Shown here piece by piece: positions 24,780 through 36,870 of a stretch of 64,000 nt of DNA. The notes beneath the pieces were generated by a model. It was not told the DNA's origin. It ran no database searches and saw only the letters and a program-made list of their open reading frames with translations. The stretch's first letter is position 1. Each line of letters starts with the position of its first letter. The position numbers and the translations under genes are program-made. This DNA is from Rhynchobatus australiae (Eukaryota). The stretch spans positions 30,956,285 to 31,020,284 of the forward strand of contig JAUZTB010000017.1 in assembly GCA_034780895.1 (NCBI GenBank), in the 5' to 3' direction.

Positions 24780-25435
24780 GCACCTCTCCCTCTCTTTCTG
24801 ATCTTCCCTCAGTCCTCCCATTTTTTTTGTTCCCTTTGCCACCCCGCCCAGCCCCCCTTCACCCATCTTTGTCCCCCTTCCCCTCCTGGTTCCACCCACC
24901 CACTTCACGTACGGATTTCCTCCCACTTCCTCCCCCCGCCCCATTCTGGTTCTACCTGCAATTCACCTCTCCCCTAATGGTTCCCATTCTCGCCTCCTTT
25001 ACTGATCAGAATCCGGCACTGGTAGCATGTTGTGTTCCTACTTGTCTCTCTCCAGGAGCTGTCTCCATTCTTCATACTCCCCCAGCCCCCCTCCAACTTG
25101 CTAAAAATACTTTTTCCCTTTTTCTTTCTCTGTCTGCCTGCATCCATAACTCACCTGCTACTATCTTCCAACTCAATCCCTGCTCGCCTCCCCTACCTGG
25201 CACTACCTGCCTGTCATCTTGCACCCCTCTGTCCACCAATTGCCTCTGAATCCTTTCTCACTACTCCCCCTCTCTGTATACTGGTCAGTTCGCCTCAACT
25301 CCTCTGAGTCCTGATTCAGGGTTTTGACCCAAAACGTCAACAATTCCTTTTCCTCCCACAGATGCAGCTTGACCCACTGAGTTCCTCCAGCAGATTGTTG
25401 CTCCAGATTCCAGCATCTGCAGTCTCTTGTGTCTA
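24780..25435 (+). mobile_element. Penelope-derived element: C/T-rich region plus hammerhead-like terminal unit
   Basis: Long pyrimidine-rich tract, then AGTC CTGATTC AGGGTTTTGACCC AAAAC GTC at 25307-25338, then gatgcagcttgacccactgagttcctccagc...cagcatctgcagtctc. Confidence 0.7.
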
Positions 25436-26264
25436 CAGTATTTGGTTTCCCTTGAAATGGTGGGTGAGATTGCCTCCAATTTGCGACTGAGTAATTTCAC
25501 ATACTGTGCACATTGCCTTCTTTGCACTGTGAGCTTTAATCTAGCATTATGGACTCAAATTGGTATTGCCCTCCCCTCTTTGGTAGAGTGCTCAGCCCAC
25601 CCTTCAAATGTGCTTGCATGTGTCCAACTGGAGACAAATCATCCAAACAATGGGCATGCAGCTGAATTTTATGACTGAACTGTTTTGAAAAGTTGATTTA
25701 TCAGAGGGCCCAGATTTCAGGTGATTGGCAAAAGATCCAGAAGTAGCGATATGGAGAAACATCTTTACGCAAGAAATGTCAGAACTAGTAATGCACTGAT
25801 AACAGGTGGTGAACACAGACTGAATAGTAGCCATCAGTAGAAAAATAGATTAAAAACTTGGAAAAACAAAGAATTACAAAGATTTGGAGGAAAGAAACCC
25901 TGTTGAATGGGACTAGCTGGATTACTGTTTCATAAATTTGGCACAATCATAATCAGGTTGAGGCTGTGATCTTTTGTAAGATGTTAGGCTTTTTGTTGTT
26001 GAGCTATGTGATGGGACTATGTTATTTCTACACCGTGTATTGAGGCTGCAGAGCATCAATACACACACTTTATAAAAACAAATGCCAGCCTGGGTCATGA
26101 GTGACAGGAGATAGTGAACTCAATAATCAGGGGATTGAAAAGGACATTCCACTATCTTGGACCATACTGCTGCTGTGAGGATACTTCTGCTAATCACATT
26201 TTCAAAGAACTCTTAGCAAGCTTGTTATGCATGATTTTCCTTTCATTTAAACCATATTTAATGG

Positions 26265-26385
26265 AGAGATATGGATCATATGCAGGCAGTTCATGTTCAG
26301 ATTTGGTTTAAATTGTCACTGTGCTTGGCATGGACCTTTGTGGGCCAAAGGGCCTATTCCTGCACTGCACTGCAGTGCTCTATGA
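26265..26385 (+). mobile_element. CR1 terminal tail fragment
   Basis: ggagagatatggatcatatgcaggc...gtgggccaaagggcctattcctgcactg...ctctatga. Confidence 0.6.
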
Positions 26386-27399
26386 ATTGTATTATGATTT
26401 TCCAAGTATCCTATTGTCACTTCCTTAAAATGGACTTCTGTATTTCTGCTGACAGGTGTTAGTCTAAAAGGCCTATGGTTTCCTGCTTTCTTTTTCTTGA
26501 ATAAAGGTGTTACATGTGAATTTGTTCACCCTATTAGGACCTCTGGAATTTAGGAAATTTCGAAAGGTCAAGAACATTATTTTTGTTGCCACATTTGTTT
26601 TGGAATATAGGAAATTAAGTCCAGGAGATTTGTTTTTAGTCCCTTTTAGTTTGTCCTACACGCATTTTTTTTCTAATGACAATGTTTGTTCTGAGTTTCA
26701 CCTCCTTTTGCCCTCTTATTTTGTATACTTAATTTGATTTCATTGTGTTCAGCTGTGAAAATGTGCAAAATCATTTCTTTGTTTCCCATTATAACTTGCC
26801 TTGTCTCAGCTTCTGAGGGATGAAGTTATTTTTTGCCACACTCTTCCATTCTACATAGTAGAACATCATTTTTATATTCCTTCCCAATTTGCCCTCAATA
26901 TTTTATCTTCTGCTTCTCAATCTTTTTTTTAGCCAGCCTTTGCTGGTCTCTAAAATTTGCCAGTTCTCAGGATAACTACTAATTTTCACAACATTAAGTC
27001 TTTTCTTGCAGTTGAAGATGATCCTTAACTTTTAATCCTAGATGGTCTTCCTCTTTCCCTAGAGTCTCAATTTCTTAATGATATTCTTGTTTAAAAATAA
27101 GGAAATATTTCCTATTTGCTGTTGCTTATCTATTAACAAAGCTTTTAATGAAATTTCTCAATACACTTTAGCTAATTCTCCTTTCATACCAATATAATTA
27201 ACTTTTTTCATTGGAAGACCTTGGTTTTTGACCTATGTTAGTGATTCCAAAACTGAATATGAAATTTTGTCCTCTTCTGGTCACTATAACGCAGAGAATC
27301 CTTCTCTACAGGATCAATAATTAATCTATTTTGTTAGAAAAAAACAGATCTAAAATTCCGTTTGAGTCCACAACATATTGTAGAAAATTTAGGGGGAGA

Positions 27400-27850
27400 T
27401 CATTTGTGTCCAGTCAAAGAACCAATCTAAGCTCGCCTTCCAGTTCTAAGCCCTTGACCTCGCAGGTCACTGCTTTTAAGTTGCTTATCTGAGCATATTG
27501 TAAATGCGATTTAAGGATTCTACCTCGGTCACTCTTTCAGGTGTGAGTTTCAGGCTCCTAACATTCTCTGGGTTTAAAAAAATCTGTTCCTCAACACCCC
27601 TCTGAACCTTCTAACAATTACTTTAAATATATGTCCCTGGATTTTGACTTCTTGCCTAAAGGAAGAATTTTTTTTTCCCTAATTTATTTCATCCAAGCTG
27701 TTCTCCGTTTTATACACCTATTTTCAGCCTTCCTTAGTCAGCCTTGTTCTTGTATTCTATGCCTTAGTTAATAAATGAGAATGTTCTGTGTGCATTTTTA
27801 ATTACCTTTTAATATACCTGTCCTGTTAACCTTAAGGGACTGAAAACAAG
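27400..27850 (-). mobile_element. Degenerate CR1 3' region
   Basis: actctttcaggtgtgagttttcaggctcctaacattctctgggtttaaaaaaatct...cccctctgaaccttcta...ctttaaatatatgtccctgg is the reverse complement of a CR1 3' end. Confidence 0.5.
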
Positions 27851-29140
27851 ATCCTCCGTACTTCTCAATATTGCTTGTCAATTTAACTTCCTATGTTCTC
27901 TTGGCAGAACCTCCTCCTAAGACATTTAGTTTCAACACAATTCAGTCCTCTCCTTCCTACTCCAGGTTCCTCTCCATCCCTGAACAGGTGTCCTTCACTC
28001 TGGCATTGGGCAGATGATACAGGCTTATGGATTGGCATTGTCAATTGCTGGCAATGATATTTGTCCACCTGTGTATACTGTCTCCTATCGCTAGATATTC
28101 ATCTTTATTCACCCACCCCATTGAATGCCCTGCTTGTACCATAATACTATGATCAGTTGTTTAATTCCTGCATTCATTCACACAGCCTGCCAAAAATTTC
28201 GTGCCTGTTTGGTAAGTGCATGGATTGAGGCTCCTCCAAGTACCTCGTCCTCAGTACCTACTAAGTACTCATAATTGACTTTTTGTCACTCCCTCCTTAC
28301 CCTGAGCACTATCCAAATCTCAAAGAAAAGAACATAAAGATTCCAGATTAGAGATGTGGAAAAGGAGCTTTTTCCTTTAAACAAGAAGTTTTTGCAGCCA
28401 GGAGTGTGAAAAGGTTTTCCTGAGGCTAAAATATTCTCTGATTCAGTCTTCTGCTCATTTTTGTATCGCATGTCTGAGAGATCACAGTGGTTGCCTTGTT
28501 TTCTGCAAGGGTGCTACATAACTTTCCACAGAATTCTGGCTCCTAAATTAAAAATAATATTTATTATTCTTACTGAGCCAAACTCTGAGGAAAGTTACAT
28601 TGCACAGCTGCAAGTTGATCAGCTTGGATGATGTCATTTAACTTGGAATGTATTAAAATGTAGGAAGAAGCTTTGATATGCTTGATGCTGAAATGGATGA
28701 AATCTTCCTCCAAGTGTGGTCACACATGACTTTGAGAGCTTGGGAGAAGTATTACTGTGTTGAGTATTAAATTTGTTGTAGTCTGTTATCTTGCTTTATT
28801 CCAGTTATAACTCCACTCTAATTACTACAAACTTGGTCCAAATGCCAACAAAGCATTGATCAACAAGTTAAATTGGAAAAGGAAATATCTCTCAACTCCA
28901 GCAGTTAATGATCTTCCCATTGAGTCTGAGCAGTTGGTTGGATGCCCAGTCTGAAGGAGGAGGAAATAATGCTAGCCTTCCGCTCTGACAAGCCCTGTCA
29001 TTTGGCTGATTTGTTCAGCCCACACTACACCCTACCTTCCCTCTCACCCACCCCATAATGGAAGAAAGCTGTGAAAGAACAGGACTAATGGTAGAATATT
29101 GTAGAAATAGACTATAAACCAAATATTCCTCATTGCTTTG

Positions 29141-29178
29141 CCTGTTATAAGCATAATAACCTGTTATAAGCATAATAA
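29141..29178. repeat. Perfect 19-bp tandem duplication
   Basis: cctgttataagcataataa repeated twice. Confidence 0.9.
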
Positions 29179-29965
29179 TTACCTCTAACAAAGTCTGTTT
29201 TCCAGGAAAATAAATAGAACACCCTTCTGTGCATCCAGTTGGATTTGAAAGAAAACTTCAGTTGACTGTACTATGAATCATAAATAGAGCCCCTCTCGCT
29301 GAAGGGGATTTCTGGTTAGATTCATAATTTTTTCCAGCTGGTGACTGAAAGTCATTTTAAGTCCAAACACAATGCGCTACAATCACAGAATGCTGTCTCC
29401 AGACAGCCTGCAGTGACTTGATTGGGAACAATATTAAACAACAAAACTCAATGTTTTAAGATCTCAACTTTATTGTGTGCTAGGTAGCTGAGACACTTGA
29501 AATGGGAACTTTTCTAAACAATAGAAAGACTCTTTCTGGAGCATTTGATTTTAGTTGGAAGAAGGGAATTGAGTTATGCAGGGAACATGATGTAAAATAT
29601 TTGGGATCTTTCAAGACCCAGGAAACTGGCAGAATACAAGAAGCTATTGGTTTGGTAAGTAAACATTACTAATGTACACATTTTTCAATGCTGCTGAATA
29701 ATTCTTTTGTACTTTTAAAAACTTCTAGATCAATCATATCACTAAATCATATCCAGGGTTTTTGAATCTTAAGTTATAGTCTTCCCTGGATTGGATTGGG
29801 ATGAAAGCACATGATGGGCATCAGCAACATTTTGCCATCTGCTAAAATTCTGTAAAACTGTAGTGGGGTGGGAGCAGCCGTGGGGGATGATAGGTTTTGT
29901 GTCAGCTCTCACACTTGCGCTAATAATGTTGTGATCCATCTCTCCTCCACCTTGGAAAAAATTCC

Positions 29966-30135
29966 ACTGCCTCACCTTATTGTCTACCTGCACTGCACTT
30001 TCTCTGTAACTGTAACATTCTTTTCCCTTGTTCTACTTCAATGTACTTGCGTTTTGAAATGATCTGTATGGATGGCATGTAAATCAAAGTTTTTCACTGT
30101 GTCTTGGTACATGTGACAATAATTTACCAATTACC
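29966..30135 (+). mobile_element. Rex1/Babar 3' UTR tail
   Basis: accttattgtctacctgcactgcactttctctgtaactgtaaca...ttttcactgtgtcttggtacatgtgacaataa; inverted copy at 30270-30450. Confidence 0.75.
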
Positions 30136-30269
30136 AAATGAGGCAAAATTTCCTCGCTGAGCTATTAAAAAGGCTAATGTCATCGACATCATCAACATAA
30201 TTCTCCACCATTCCATTCCCCCCTTTCTTCCTCCCCAGCCACTGTCTTCAGCTGAACCAGAAAATCACA

Positions 30270-32030
30270 TTGTTTTATTATTGTCACATGTACTGAGGTG
30301 CAGTGAAAAACTTTGTTTTGCATGTCATCCATACAGATAATTTTCATCACATACATCAAGTTAGTACAAGGGAAAAGCAATAATAGAATGTAGACTATAG
30401 TGTTACAGTTACAGAGAAAGTGCAGGCAGACAATAAGGTGCAAGATGAGGTAAATTGTGAGGTCAAGAGTCCATCTTGTCATATAAGAGGTCCATTCAAT
30501 AGTCTCCTAACAGCAGGATAGAAGGTATGCCTGCCTGGTACATGCTTTCAGGCTTTTGTATCTTCTGCTCGATGGGAAGGGGGGAGAAGAGAGAGCGTTT
30601 GGGGTGGGAAGGGACTTTGGTTATGTTGACTGCTTTACTAAGGCAGCAAGAAGTGTATCCATGGAGGGGAGGATGATTTTTTTTGTGATGTGCTGACACA
30701 ACTCTGCAGTTTCATGTGGTCTTGGGCAGAGCAATTATGCATCTGGATAGTATGCATTCAATGGCGTATCTACAAAAATTTGTGAGGGTCAATGGGGACA
30801 CTTCTTTAGCCTCCTGAGGAAGTAGAGCTGCTGGTGTGCATTCTTGGCCATTGTGTCCAGATGGTTGGACCAACGCCTTGCTTCCTGAAGTCACTGACCA
30901 TCCCTTTTTGTTTTGCTGACATTGAGGGAAAGGTTGTCGTCATGACACCATGTCACGAGACTCTATCTCCTTCCTAAACTCCGACTCGTTGTTTGAGATT
31001 TAGCTCACTACAGTAGTGTCATTTGCAAACTTGTAGATAGAGTAAAATCTGGCCATGCAGTCATGAGTGTATAGGGAGTAAAGTAGGGGGCTGAGGATGC
31101 AGCCTTGTGGGGTACCAGTGCTGAGATTAATCGTGGTGGAGGTGTTGCCTCTTGTCCTTACTGATTGCGGTCTGTTGGTCAGGAAGTCAAGGATCCAGTT
31201 GCAAAGGGAGGTGTTGAGATCTAAGTTTAGGAGTTTGGAGATGAGTTTGCTTGGAATCATGATATTGAAGTCAATAAATAGTAGTCTGACGTAGGTGTCT
31301 TTGTTATCCAGATGCTTTAGAGATGAGTGTAGGGCTAGGGACATGGCACCCATCATAGGCAAATTGCAGTGGGTCGAGGTTGTCTGGAAAACTGGAGTTG
31401 ATGTATGCTATGATCAGCCTCTTGAAGCACTTCATGATGGTGGATGTCAGAACAATATTATCAAGGCACATTACCTTATTTTTTTTTGGTATAGGGATGA
31501 TAGTGGTCATCTTAAAGCAGGTGGGAACCTCCAGATTGAAGCAGGGTGGGGTTAAAAATATCTGCAAATACGCCTGCCAGCTGATCTGCACAGGATTTAA
31601 GGACGTGGCGGGGACTCCATCTGGGCCAGATGCTTTTCACTGATTCACTCTCTGGAAGACTTGATCTGAAGTCTGTAATGGTGACTGTGGGCACTGATGC
31701 AGTGCAGGTTATCTGGGTGGGTAGTGGCATTCCATTTGCCTTCTATTCAAAAGGTACATAAAATTCATTAAGCTCATCAGGAATGCACTGTTGTTGGTGA
31801 TGCTGCTCAACTTCGTTTTGTAGCCTGTTATAGCACTTAAGTCCTGCCACAAGTGACGGCTGGCCTGGGACTCTATTTTTGGATTGATATTCCTGGTAGC
31901 TTTACAAAGTTTGGATCTGGATTTCTTGGATAGGTCAGGGTCACCTGACTTGAATGCCACAGACCTGGACTTCAATAGGGAGTGGATCTCCTGGTTCAGC
32001 CATGGTTTTCGGTTTGGGAACACCCAGATT
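30270..32030 (-). mobile_element. Rex1/Babar LINE (RT plus 3' tail), frameshifted
   Basis: ORFs [57 protein letters not shown]; closely related to 1-1385. Confidence 0.9.
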
Positions 32031-32569
32031 GACTTCTTCTGATAGACTGTTATTCTTATTGTGGGTATTAATTTTACAGAAGGTTAATAACCCATAAGGA
32101 AATAATGTTCTTGGATGTAGTTTAGCCCACTTAACAGCTTGAAACAATTGTGAAAAATACACCATCCCAATGGATGAAGTTCATTTTAAGAATAATAAAG
32201 TATCAAGGCATTATTTCCAACGTCAATTGGAATGATATTGTAATTTGAGTTTTGCTTTCCTTCTGAGTATACTAACATATGGTAATTCCTGTGAGACAAT
32301 CTGAAAAGCATCAAATGCAGTTTAAATAATTAGGCAATATTTAGTTGCCATTCTATAATCATTGTTTATGCTAACATGACACGCCCTGAAAAATTAAGGG
32401 TTAGTAATAACTTGGAATTAGAAGTGATTAGATCTAATTGAGTAATTCCATGGCTCAGATTACTATCTTTTGAAATACTATTTGATCTAAGTAAATTCAT
32501 CGGGAATCTGACTTTTATAAGACCAATTTTAACAATACTCCATGCTAAAGAATAACAAGATGACAAGAA

Positions 32570-33080
32570 GCAAACGGGATTCTGAACGGTCTTGACAAAG
32601 TAGTTGCTGGGAGGATGTTAAGATGTTTCTGCTTGGGGGTGGGGGGGAGGTAGAATCTAGAATTGNNNNNNNNNNNNNNNNNNNNNNNNNNNNNNNNNNN
32701 NNNNNNNNNNNNNNNNNNNNNNNNNNNNNNNNNNNNNNNNNNNNNNNNNNNNNNNNNNNNNNNNNTGTTTCGGCTGGGGGGTGGGGGGGAGGTAGAATCT
32801 AGAATTGGGGGAATTGTTTTGCATTCAGCGGGGGGGCATTCCTCCTAATCTTCATCTGCAGATCTGAATTTCTTTTCCTGGATCGTCATGAATCTCTGGA
32901 ATTCTCTGCCCCAAAGAGGTGTGGAGGCTGAATCATTGAATATGTTTGAGTCTGAGACTGCTTTTACATCTGCAGGGGAGTTTCGGGTCATGGGAAAGAA
33001 CTGAGGCCATGATCTTGTTGAATGGTGGAGCGAGCTTAAAGAGCCATATGGCCTACTCCTATTTCTTGTGTTCTTAAGAA
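32570..33080 (+). mobile_element. CR1 3' end (contains a gap)
   Basis: gtcatgaatctctggaattctctgcccca...gtggaggctgaatcattgaat...gccatgatcttgttgaatggtggagc...atggcctactcctatttcttgtgttctta. Confidence 0.7.
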
Positions 33081-33699
33081 TTACATATTTTGGTAACTGT
33101 GGTTTAGAGTAGGAGGCTCTCTGTGTAAGCTGTCTTTGGCTGAGTCACTTTGCAAGAATGCCTGAGATCTGACTTCTTTTCAAACTGTATCCTCTTCAGG
33201 GAGAAATAATGCAGCACTCCCCCAGAGTGGGTTTACCTGGACTCCACAGTAAGACCTATATTAGTGATCTTTGATATCCTTTGTCCATATTTTAAATATT
33301 CCAATAATTTTGTTCATCTTGTAAGGAACATATCTGAATTTTTAATATTCTCTCTGGTATGACACCCTTCATTAATACAATCATTTCCAACAGTTTAAAA
33401 CATGCATATATGCAAACTGGATTTACCACACTAGGTAAATCCTGCATGCTCATCTGTTAACCCTTGAATTTCTATACGTTGTCTAGTTTAAATAATGTTA
33501 ATTATATGAATGCCAATTTCATCACGTCCAAGTTCAGAATAATGCTGATTGAAAGGAGTTAACTTTGTCAAATGTTGATTCATTGAACTCCTTTTAAGCA
33601 AAATCATGGCTTGTTTTTGGCTGATGTGGGGATCACCTTGTACAATAGATAAACCCTGCATAATATTAACCATATCAAGAATGGAGATCTGGACTAATG

Positions 33700-33830
33700 A
33701 AAGTAAGACTGCAGCTGCAGGAAATCTGAAATAAAGACAGAAAATGCTGAATGCTCTCAGCAGTTCAGATAGCATCTGTAGAAAGAGAAACTATTAATAT
33801 TTCAGGCCCAGGTCCCTTCAGAACTGATCT
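33700..33830 (-). mobile_element. Penelope-derived hammerhead repeat (degenerate)
   Basis: Reverse complement CAGTT CTGAAGG gacctgggcct GAAAT ATT AAT followed by the family tail. Confidence 0.6.
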
Positions 33831-33934
33831 GGGCTAATTTATATTGCTGCATAAAGGACATTTACAGATTTTTTTCCCTCCTGAATTAGGCTGAGGTTTT
33901 TGATGTTGGCCCTCAGGCTTCAGCTGGAAATGGC

Positions 33935-34740
33935 AGGACCCTTTACATTGATATACAGAGAGATCTTGGGGTGACAGTCCACAGCTCCCTGAAAGTGGCA
34001 ATAATGTGGCTAGGGTGGTAAAGAAGGCATATGGCATGTTTGACTTCATTAGTCAGCACAGACTATAAAAGTCGGCAAGTTATGTTGCAGTTGTATAAAA
34101 CATTGGTTAGGTCACATTTGGAGTATTGTGTGTGGTTCTGGTCACTGCATCTTACTAGTATGTGGAGGTCTTTGAGAGAGTGAAGAAGAGGTTTGCCAGG
34201 ATGTTGCCTGCATTAGAGAGTATTAGCTATAAGGAGTGCTTGGCAAACATGGATTATTTTCTCTGGCTGAAGGAGACCTGATAGAAGTTTATACATTTAT
34301 GAAAGACATGCATAGTCTTTTTCCCAGGGTCATACGTTTAAGATGAGAGGGGGAAAATTTAAAGGAGATTTATGAGGCANNNNNNNNNNNNNNNNNNNNN
34401 NNNNNNNNNNNNNNNNNNNNNNNNNNNNNNNNNNNNNNNNNNNNNNNNNNNNNNNNNNNNNNNNNNNNNNNNNNNNNNNAGATGAGAGGGTGAAAATTTA
34501 AAGTAGATTTATGAGGCAAGTTTTGTTTTTAGAGAGAGAGCGGTAGTTGCCTGAATACACCGCAAGGGAAGTGGTGGAAGCAGATATAATAGTAACGTTT
34601 AAGAGGCATGAATAGGCAGGGAAATGAGGGATACAGATCACGTGCAAACAAACGGGATTAGTTTGACTGATGTTGTGGTCGGCACAGATGTGGTGAGCCG
34701 AGGGGCCTGTTCCTGTGCTGTACTGTCCTATGTTTATGAT
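33935..34740 (+). mobile_element. CR1 LINE 3' RT region and tail
   Basis: gagagatcttggggtgacagtccac (RDLGV), ttggagtattgtgtgtggttctggtca (LEYCVxFWS), tail ggggcctgttcctgtgctgtactgt. Confidence 0.85.
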
Positions 34741-35526
34741 AACTCAAATGGCATCATTGTTGCATACAAGTTGGATCTGCCAAATGTCTGTTTTGTCTTT
34801 TTGTCTGTGTTCCAATGTAACTTCTTGCCAGAATCACTTCCAGTGTAATCGGAAACTGTCAAGGACTATGTCATATTGTATGTAACAGCATCTAGGATAA
34901 TATATCTCATGCCAGTGCAAGTGATGTGTATAACTTTCCTTATATTTTTCATAACTGAGTCATGGATACAATTGCAACAAATGCATGGCAATCTCTCTGC
35001 TTTTAATTGAGGTCTGTTAGTCCTAGTATAACACATATATGTTTTGTTTAAATTATTGAGTAGTTCAGCAAGCAAATGTACTGTTGATAAAATTCCAGTT
35101 TTGTCAAGCTAACCGCAAGTGGTTTGAACACAAATATATGTTCTTGTCCTTCTAGTAGATTGGCTTTTGTGACTTTGGCTCAGTCTCATTGTGGAGTCAC
35201 TCCTGTGGCTCTCATCTACTTTCTCAGATTGTCTTTTCATCATAACCATATGTTCCTCTATATTGTGATACTGCTTCCTTTCCCAATGCTAGACTGAGTT
35301 GTTAAATTATTTTTGTCATAAGTTTTATTTTGTTAGATTTAAAGTTTAACCATCTTTTGAATTTTAAGTGTCAATATTTGTTTAACAGATATAAACTAGT
35401 CTTCTTGGACATTCTCAAAAATTGTCTTTTCTCTTTACAGGAGATTCCAGTTTAGATTTGCAAAGAATGGGCTGGATTTTGTTCTGAGCCACTAATCAAC
35501 AGCACCAAGCATTTGTTAGACTCTTA

Positions 35527-35655
35527 TCTTCTGATGAAGAGTGTTGCACCTGAAACCTTAACTCTGTTCCTCTTTCCATAGATGCTGCCTGACCTGCTGA
35601 GTGTTCCCAGCATTTTCTGATGTTCCTTTCAGATTTCCAGTATCTGCAGTTTTTG
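35527..35655 (+). mobile_element. Penelope-derived repeat with intact CTGATGA/GAAAC hammerhead boxes
   Basis: CTGATGA 35531-35537, stem-loop ag(a)gtg-ttg-cacct, GAAAC 35552-35556, then gatgctgcctgacctgctgagtgttcccagc. Confidence 0.7.
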
Positions 35656-35959
35656 TTTAATGTTCATTTGTTAAACCAGCAACTATTTGCAGATATTCTG
35701 TAGTATCTGCATGGCAAGTTGTTATCAGTCAAACTTCCAAATGGTGTACATCTTTACAAGGGCTATGGGGTCTCTATGAACAGGTCAAATATGTGCCTAA
35801 AATCTTGCTACTTTTGTTTTAACTTGAAGCAAGTGCAATTCACTCTTAACAAACACTGGAATCTGTGCTGATTGATGCATTGCTTGCTGACCTATTTTGA
35901 CCAATTAAGCCTGTAATTTTAAAATTTATTATTCTTGATTTAAAGTCCTACCTTAACGT

Positions 35960-36245
35960 GGGCCCTCCCTATACCTGCAACTGACCTTTTACCTTCTTAG
36001 ATATGTGATTTTCTTCTCTAATTCCAACATCTTGAGCATTCCCTAATTTATTTGTTCTGTTGATGGCTGTGCCTAGACCTGGCCAAACTTTAAGCTCTAA
36101 CTCCCTCCTTATATCTTTTCCCATTTTCATCTTTTAATATGCACCTGAAAATTTACTATATCCAAGCTTTTTGTCATCCGCCCTTGTATTTCGTGGCTTT
36201 GCTTTGTATTTGGTTTGATAATATCTCTGTGGAGTGCCTGGGGCA
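35960..36245 (+). mobile_element. L2-type LINE 3' end
   Basis: cctccctatacctgcaac...cttgagcattccc...gatggctgtgcct...aagctct...ccaagctttttgtcatc...ctctgtggagtgcctggg. Confidence 0.5.
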
Positions 36246-36267
36246 TAAAAAAAAAATGTTAGTTATC

Positions 36268-36870
36268 TATAGCAAGACTCTGATAATCCAACACACTGGG
36301 ACTTTGGTGGTGGATCAGCTGATTTTCTGGACTGTTGGATGTTACCCGTATAAGTGCGTTAGGGTTTATTTTACTCTTTTTTTTCCCACATGTTACACAG
36401 GAGCATCACAAATTTTACAGTGAAATCATTGCATTCAAAGGGAGCACAAGAAACAGAACCCTGTAAACTTCAGCCTGTCAAGCAAACCGAAACATACATC
36501 CACTCCTAATGCAGTCTCATGCTCTGGGCCTCCAGCATTCCCTCACTGCGCTCTGGATCTCTGTTCCCAAGTAGTGCTCTGGACCAAGTAGTGTTCTTGA
36601 CTCCAACTCCAATCCCAAACCGTGCTTTGGAACCTGGCTCAGGACACAAACCTATCCATATCCCCAACTGTCGTGTCACTGACTCCGTCCCCACGTACGC
36701 TGCAAACTAGGACCATACTTCCAGTCATACACAGCTGACCTCATGAGTTTATGAATCCATGAATAGCAGGTCCACAGGTAATTGGAACTTGGTGCACTAA
36801 TGAGTGAGGCAGATGCTGAACCATTGGGAGTTCCATACAGTTGAATACCAAATTATTGGGGTTTTGTTTG
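36268..36870. mobile_element. Possible Tc1/mariner(Tigger)-like MITE; related left end at 10024-10130
   Basis: Left end tagcaagactctgataatccaaca vs right end accaaattattggggttttg (degenerate inverted); the core ggactttggtg..gattttctggact recurs at 10057-10091. Confidence 0.35.

Noticed and set aside
24752-25249. 165-aa Pro/Ser/Leu-rich ORF (and the 151-aa ORF at 59991-60446)
   Set aside because: Result of stop-poor pyrimidine-rich repeat sequence; no protein motif
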